The notes under the pieces: generated by a model
What the model was told of the DNA's origin: nothing
The model's input: only the letters and a program-made list of their open reading frames with translations
The model's database searches: none
Program-made: the position numbers and the translations under genes
Shown here: piece after piece, positions 33,754 through 36,455 of the stretch
Position numbering within the stretch: the stretch's first letter is position 1
Layout: every line of letters begins with the position of its first letter
DNA from: a virus
Taxonomy: Duplodnaviria; Caudoviricetes
IMG/VR virus record: IMGVR_UViG_3300044987_001206
Span: 1-36,455 of that record
Direction: 5' to 3' (one strand)
DNA: 36,455 bases

Positions 33754-35214
33754 TTAACCCTGCAACGACCGCATCGCACCCCGTCTCCTGAACCCGCTCA
33801 TGGCGGCATTCATGATCTGATCGGGATCGTAGTTGATGTATCGGTACTGGTCCTGTTGTTGTTGGGAGTTGGCCAGCAAGTCAGCGTAGAGCTTGGCGAA
33901 AGGATCGGCCTGACGATCGGGTAGAGGAACCTCCTTGGTGCCCTTGGTGGGGATGACGGTTTCGCGCCTTACGAGAGGAGTGACTGGCTCCCTAGGAGGA
34001 AGGGGGGTTCCAGTGTAGGTACCAGTGCCGGTGCCGGTGCCGGTGCCGGTGCCGGGTCGAACTCCGCCACCGGGAGGAGTTGTGGTCGTGCCACCGCCAG
34101 GAGGAGTGGTTGTGGTTCCACCACCGGGAGGGGTGGTTACAACAGGAGTAGTTACGTTTATTGGAGGGGTTTTTACAAAAGGTATCCACTTACCATTTTC
34201 CCAATCCCAAATATTACCTTCATTATCAGGATAAACATCTCCAACTTTTATTCCACCAGTTCCTGGAATAACAGTTCCTTCGGTTACACCTTCAGGAGTT
34301 ACTATTGGTCTTTTGATATCTGTATTGCCAGTAGCTATTCTCCAAGGTGAATCCTTAAACTCATCACCAGGTTTTGGTTTAACATCTTCTTTCCAGTCAG
34401 GAGTTATGTCTTTAACACCACCAAGACCAGCCGTTACATCTCCACCAGTGTTATCAAACCCACCTACGCTAGTAGTTGTAGGTTCATCCGCTCCAACAGA
34501 TTGATATGATTCAACTGGTGTTGGTGTTACTTGAGAAGTTGAAGGTGCGGTGTTGACTCCAAAATTAAACTTCTGAGGTACAACTCCTTTATCCAAATCT
34601 TCTTGAGATACTGAATACGCACTTGGGCGTATAATTGTATCCCTAATATTGTTTCTGTCAGCATAGAGAACATCTCCATTCTCCATTTGCCCGATAGGTA
34701 TATAATCCGGAATCGTTCTTCCCGGTATTGAAACCGGTTCTCCACGAGTTACAACGCCTTGAGGAACCGAAGGTATTTGGCCTGCAAAGTCAGAGGGGTT
34801 TACGTCAACCACTCCGATTGTGCCACCAAGATCACCGGGTGGAACGAGACCTGTAAAACCATATCTATCCTCAGTCTTCGGATCCAGCGGGGTTCCGATT
34901 CCTGTTCTTATAAGCGCATCCTGCTCATCCGTATTCCCAATGTTGATTCGCTCAGTGGGTTGATCTCGGATGTTGTAATCGATGTTTCCAAAACCTACGT
35001 CTGAAGGAGCAGCCTGAAACTCAAAGCCTCCCGTCCTCCAGTTGTATGGAGCTTCTTGTCCATACGGATCTAAACCGTAAAACAAATCACCAACCCTGAC
35101 TCCTGCCATATTGGGGACTAAATCTCCCATCTTGTATCCGGGATATCCCGGGAACTCATCTACGGCATTGGCCTGATTCAGGTCTTGAGCCAGATTATCG
35201 ATTGCGTCAGCCAT
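33754..35214 (-). CDS. Pro/Thr/Gly-rich virion-locus protein
   Basis: 486 aa; TTPPGGG x3 and (GT)n tract. Confidence 0.6.
   Translation of the reverse strand: MADAIDNLAQDLNQANAVDEFPGYPGYKMGDLVPNMAGVRVGDLFYGLDPYGQEAPYNWRTGGFEFQAAPSDVGFGNIDYNIRDQPTERINIGNTDEQDALIRTGIGTPLDPKTEDRYGFTGLVPPGDLGGTIGVVDVNPSDFAGQIPSVPQGVVTRGEPVSIPGRTIPDYIPIGQMENGDVLYADRNNIRDTIIRPSAYSVSQEDLDKGVVPQKFNFGVNTAPSTSQVTPTPVESYQSVGADEPTTTSVGGFDNTGGDVTAGLGGVKDITPDWKEDVKPKPGDEFKDSPWRIATGNTDIKRPIVTPEGVTEGTVIPGTGGIKVGDVYPDNEGNIWDWENGKWIPFVKTPPINVTTPVVTTPPGGGTTTTPPGGGTTTTPPGGGVRPGTGTGTGTGTGTYTGTPLPPREPVTPLVRRETVIPTKGTKEVPLPDRQADPFAKLYADLLANSQQQQDQYRYINYDPDQIMNAAMSGFRRRGAMRSLQG
34025..34140. repeat. (GTGCCG)5 microsatellite and three degenerate 27-bp repeats, in frame
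   Basis: GTGCCG x5 at 34025-34054; TTTTPPGGG-coding repeats at about 34064-34140. Confidence 0.85.
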
Positions 35215-35217
35215 ATA

Positions 35218-36455
35218 TCAGTTTTTGGGGATTATGCTGTTGATTCGAGCCATCATCCAGTTGGCCACAAGCTTCTTGACCTTAGGCTTGTTCTTGAGCC
35301 ACTTCGCAAACTTCTCGGCGTTGCTGTCGTAGAAGCTCTTGAACCACTTCGGTCCAACGAGTTCCTTCCAGAAGTAGAACGCCTCCCACTGATCGGGGAT
35401 ACACTCACGAGCGACAAAGCATCCGCCAAGCCCGAAGCCCGCGTAGGATGATCCAAGGTTACCAATCGCACCAGCATACCCCTTGAACTGATTCATGAAG
35501 GAGTTCGCTTGATCGGATGTGTATTGGTTCTGAGCGTTTGTGAGCGCAAAGTTACTACCCATCTTCATCAGGTCTCCAGGGCTAGATAGCTGGGCACCCT
35601 GAATTAACTGAGGAGTCATAAACGGAGAGGCACCCTGCTGAAGACCACCTAGTTGGGCGGCTTGGGATGAGACCGGTTGGAGTCCTAGGGCGGACTGGAC
35701 GTTGGCAATGTTCTGCTGGCGACCGGACAGCATCTGCTGCTGCGAAGCCATCTGGCCTGCAAAGCTCTGTTGCGCCGCGGTGTTCCGCTGGCCGGTGGCC
35801 GCGAGGATGTTCTGGAAGGCTTCCTGTGCGTTTCGATTGGCAGTATCGCTCGTGCTTTGACCGCTCTGAAGCAAGCCCATTGCAGCGTTCCAGCGTTGAG
35901 AATTGGCGTTACCAAGAGCATCTTGAATTGCGAGCGACTCACGAAGAGCCGAAGGATTGCCAAGAACATTGCCAATGGAACTACCGCGAGCGCGAGCAGC
36001 CTGTTGGACTCGTCGCTCCATGCTTGGATCCAGAGTACCAACCTGAGAAAGACCCTGTTGGATCTGACGTTCAAGCTCGCTACGGATCAACTGAGAAGCC
36101 CCGGTATCCTGTTGGGCACCGGGCATCCCAACCCTCTCGTAGGTGGGAGAATCTATCCGCGTATCCGGAGCGGCGGCATCACCCTTAACATCGCTGAGGA
36201 ATTGCTCGTAGAGATCGAACTTCCGAGGATCAAGAGCCTCCAGCTCGTTTCGACGTTGTTGGGCAAACTGCGTTCCATACAGCCTTGCAACATCAAGTTG
36301 TTCTTTAGCTAAAGGATCTGCAAGTTTTGATAAAGCAAGAGCTGTTTGCTTGGTGATATCAACATCACCAATGCCTGTAAAATCGTATGTTCTTTTGGCA
36401 CCTTCTGGACCGTATTTAATTTCAGTGCCAGATCTAGCGGCTTGTTCTAATGCAC
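35218..36455 (-). CDS. C-terminal part of DNA ejection/pilot protein (P22 gp7-like), about 477 aa in total, with C-terminal CFI-box-like domain
   Basis: Q/A/G-rich helical body, Gly-rich hydrophobic segment, then GG-CFVARE...; frame is open through to the window end. Confidence 0.75.
   Translation of the reverse strand, partial: ALEQAARSGTEIKYGPEGAKRTYDFTGIGDVDITKQTALALSKLADPLAKEQLDVARLYGTQFAQQRRNELEALDPRKFDLYEQFLSDVKGDAAAPDTRIDSPTYERVGMPGAQQDTGASQLIRSELERQIQQGLSQVGTLDPSMERRVQQAARARGSSIGNVLGNPSALRESLAIQDALGNANSQRWNAAMGLLQSGQSTSDTANRNAQEAFQNILAATGQRNTAAQQSFAGQMASQQQMLSGRQQNIANVQSALGLQPVSSQAAQLGGLQQGASPFMTPQLIQGAQLSSPGDLMKMGSNFALTNAQNQYTSDQANSFMNQFKGYAGAIGNLGSSYAGFGLGGCFVARECIPDQWEAFYFWKELVGPKWFKSFYDSNAEKFAKWLKNKPKVKKLVANWMMARINSIIPKN
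36280..36455. repeat. Second copy of terminal overlap
   Basis: Matches 1-176. Confidence 0.97.

Noticed and set aside
1-36455. Apparent abundance of GATC/CGATCG sites; alternative genetic code; tRNA genes
   Set aside because: CGATCG did not look clearly above expectation and GATC could not be counted reliably by eye. Genes are intact in the standard code, and no cloverleaf was recognised.

Overview
The window is an essentially complete, circularly assembled ~36.28 kb podovirus-like dsDNA phage genome. Positions 1-176 repeat at 36280-36455, and one gene runs across that junction. Most genes are on the minus strand. Morphogenesis block: terS, terL, P22-like portal, scaffold, N4-gp56-type major capsid, fibres, a lysis cassette, adaptor, nozzle and four DNA-ejection-type genes. 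Replication/recombination block: Xis-like HTH, RecT-like, RecE-like, SSB-like, SF2 helicase, RuvC-like, an array of small genes and a primase-helicase. A short plus-strand 'early' operon (15334-16832) and a repeat/palindrome-rich non-coding region (16885-17530), where GC skew flips, separate the blocks. I could not recognise an integrase, CI-type repressor, DNA polymerase, tRNA or endolysin. Most notable: (i) an ejection protein carrying a C-terminal CFI-box-like domain and a possible cleavable leader; (ii) a sigma-region-4 HTH / RNAP alpha-CTD / Zn-knuckle fusion; (iii) a holin/spanin cassette with no endolysin; (iv) a candidate origin/terminus region; (v) conserved gene-junction and upstream motifs. 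All family assignments come from motif recognition by eye, not from database searches.
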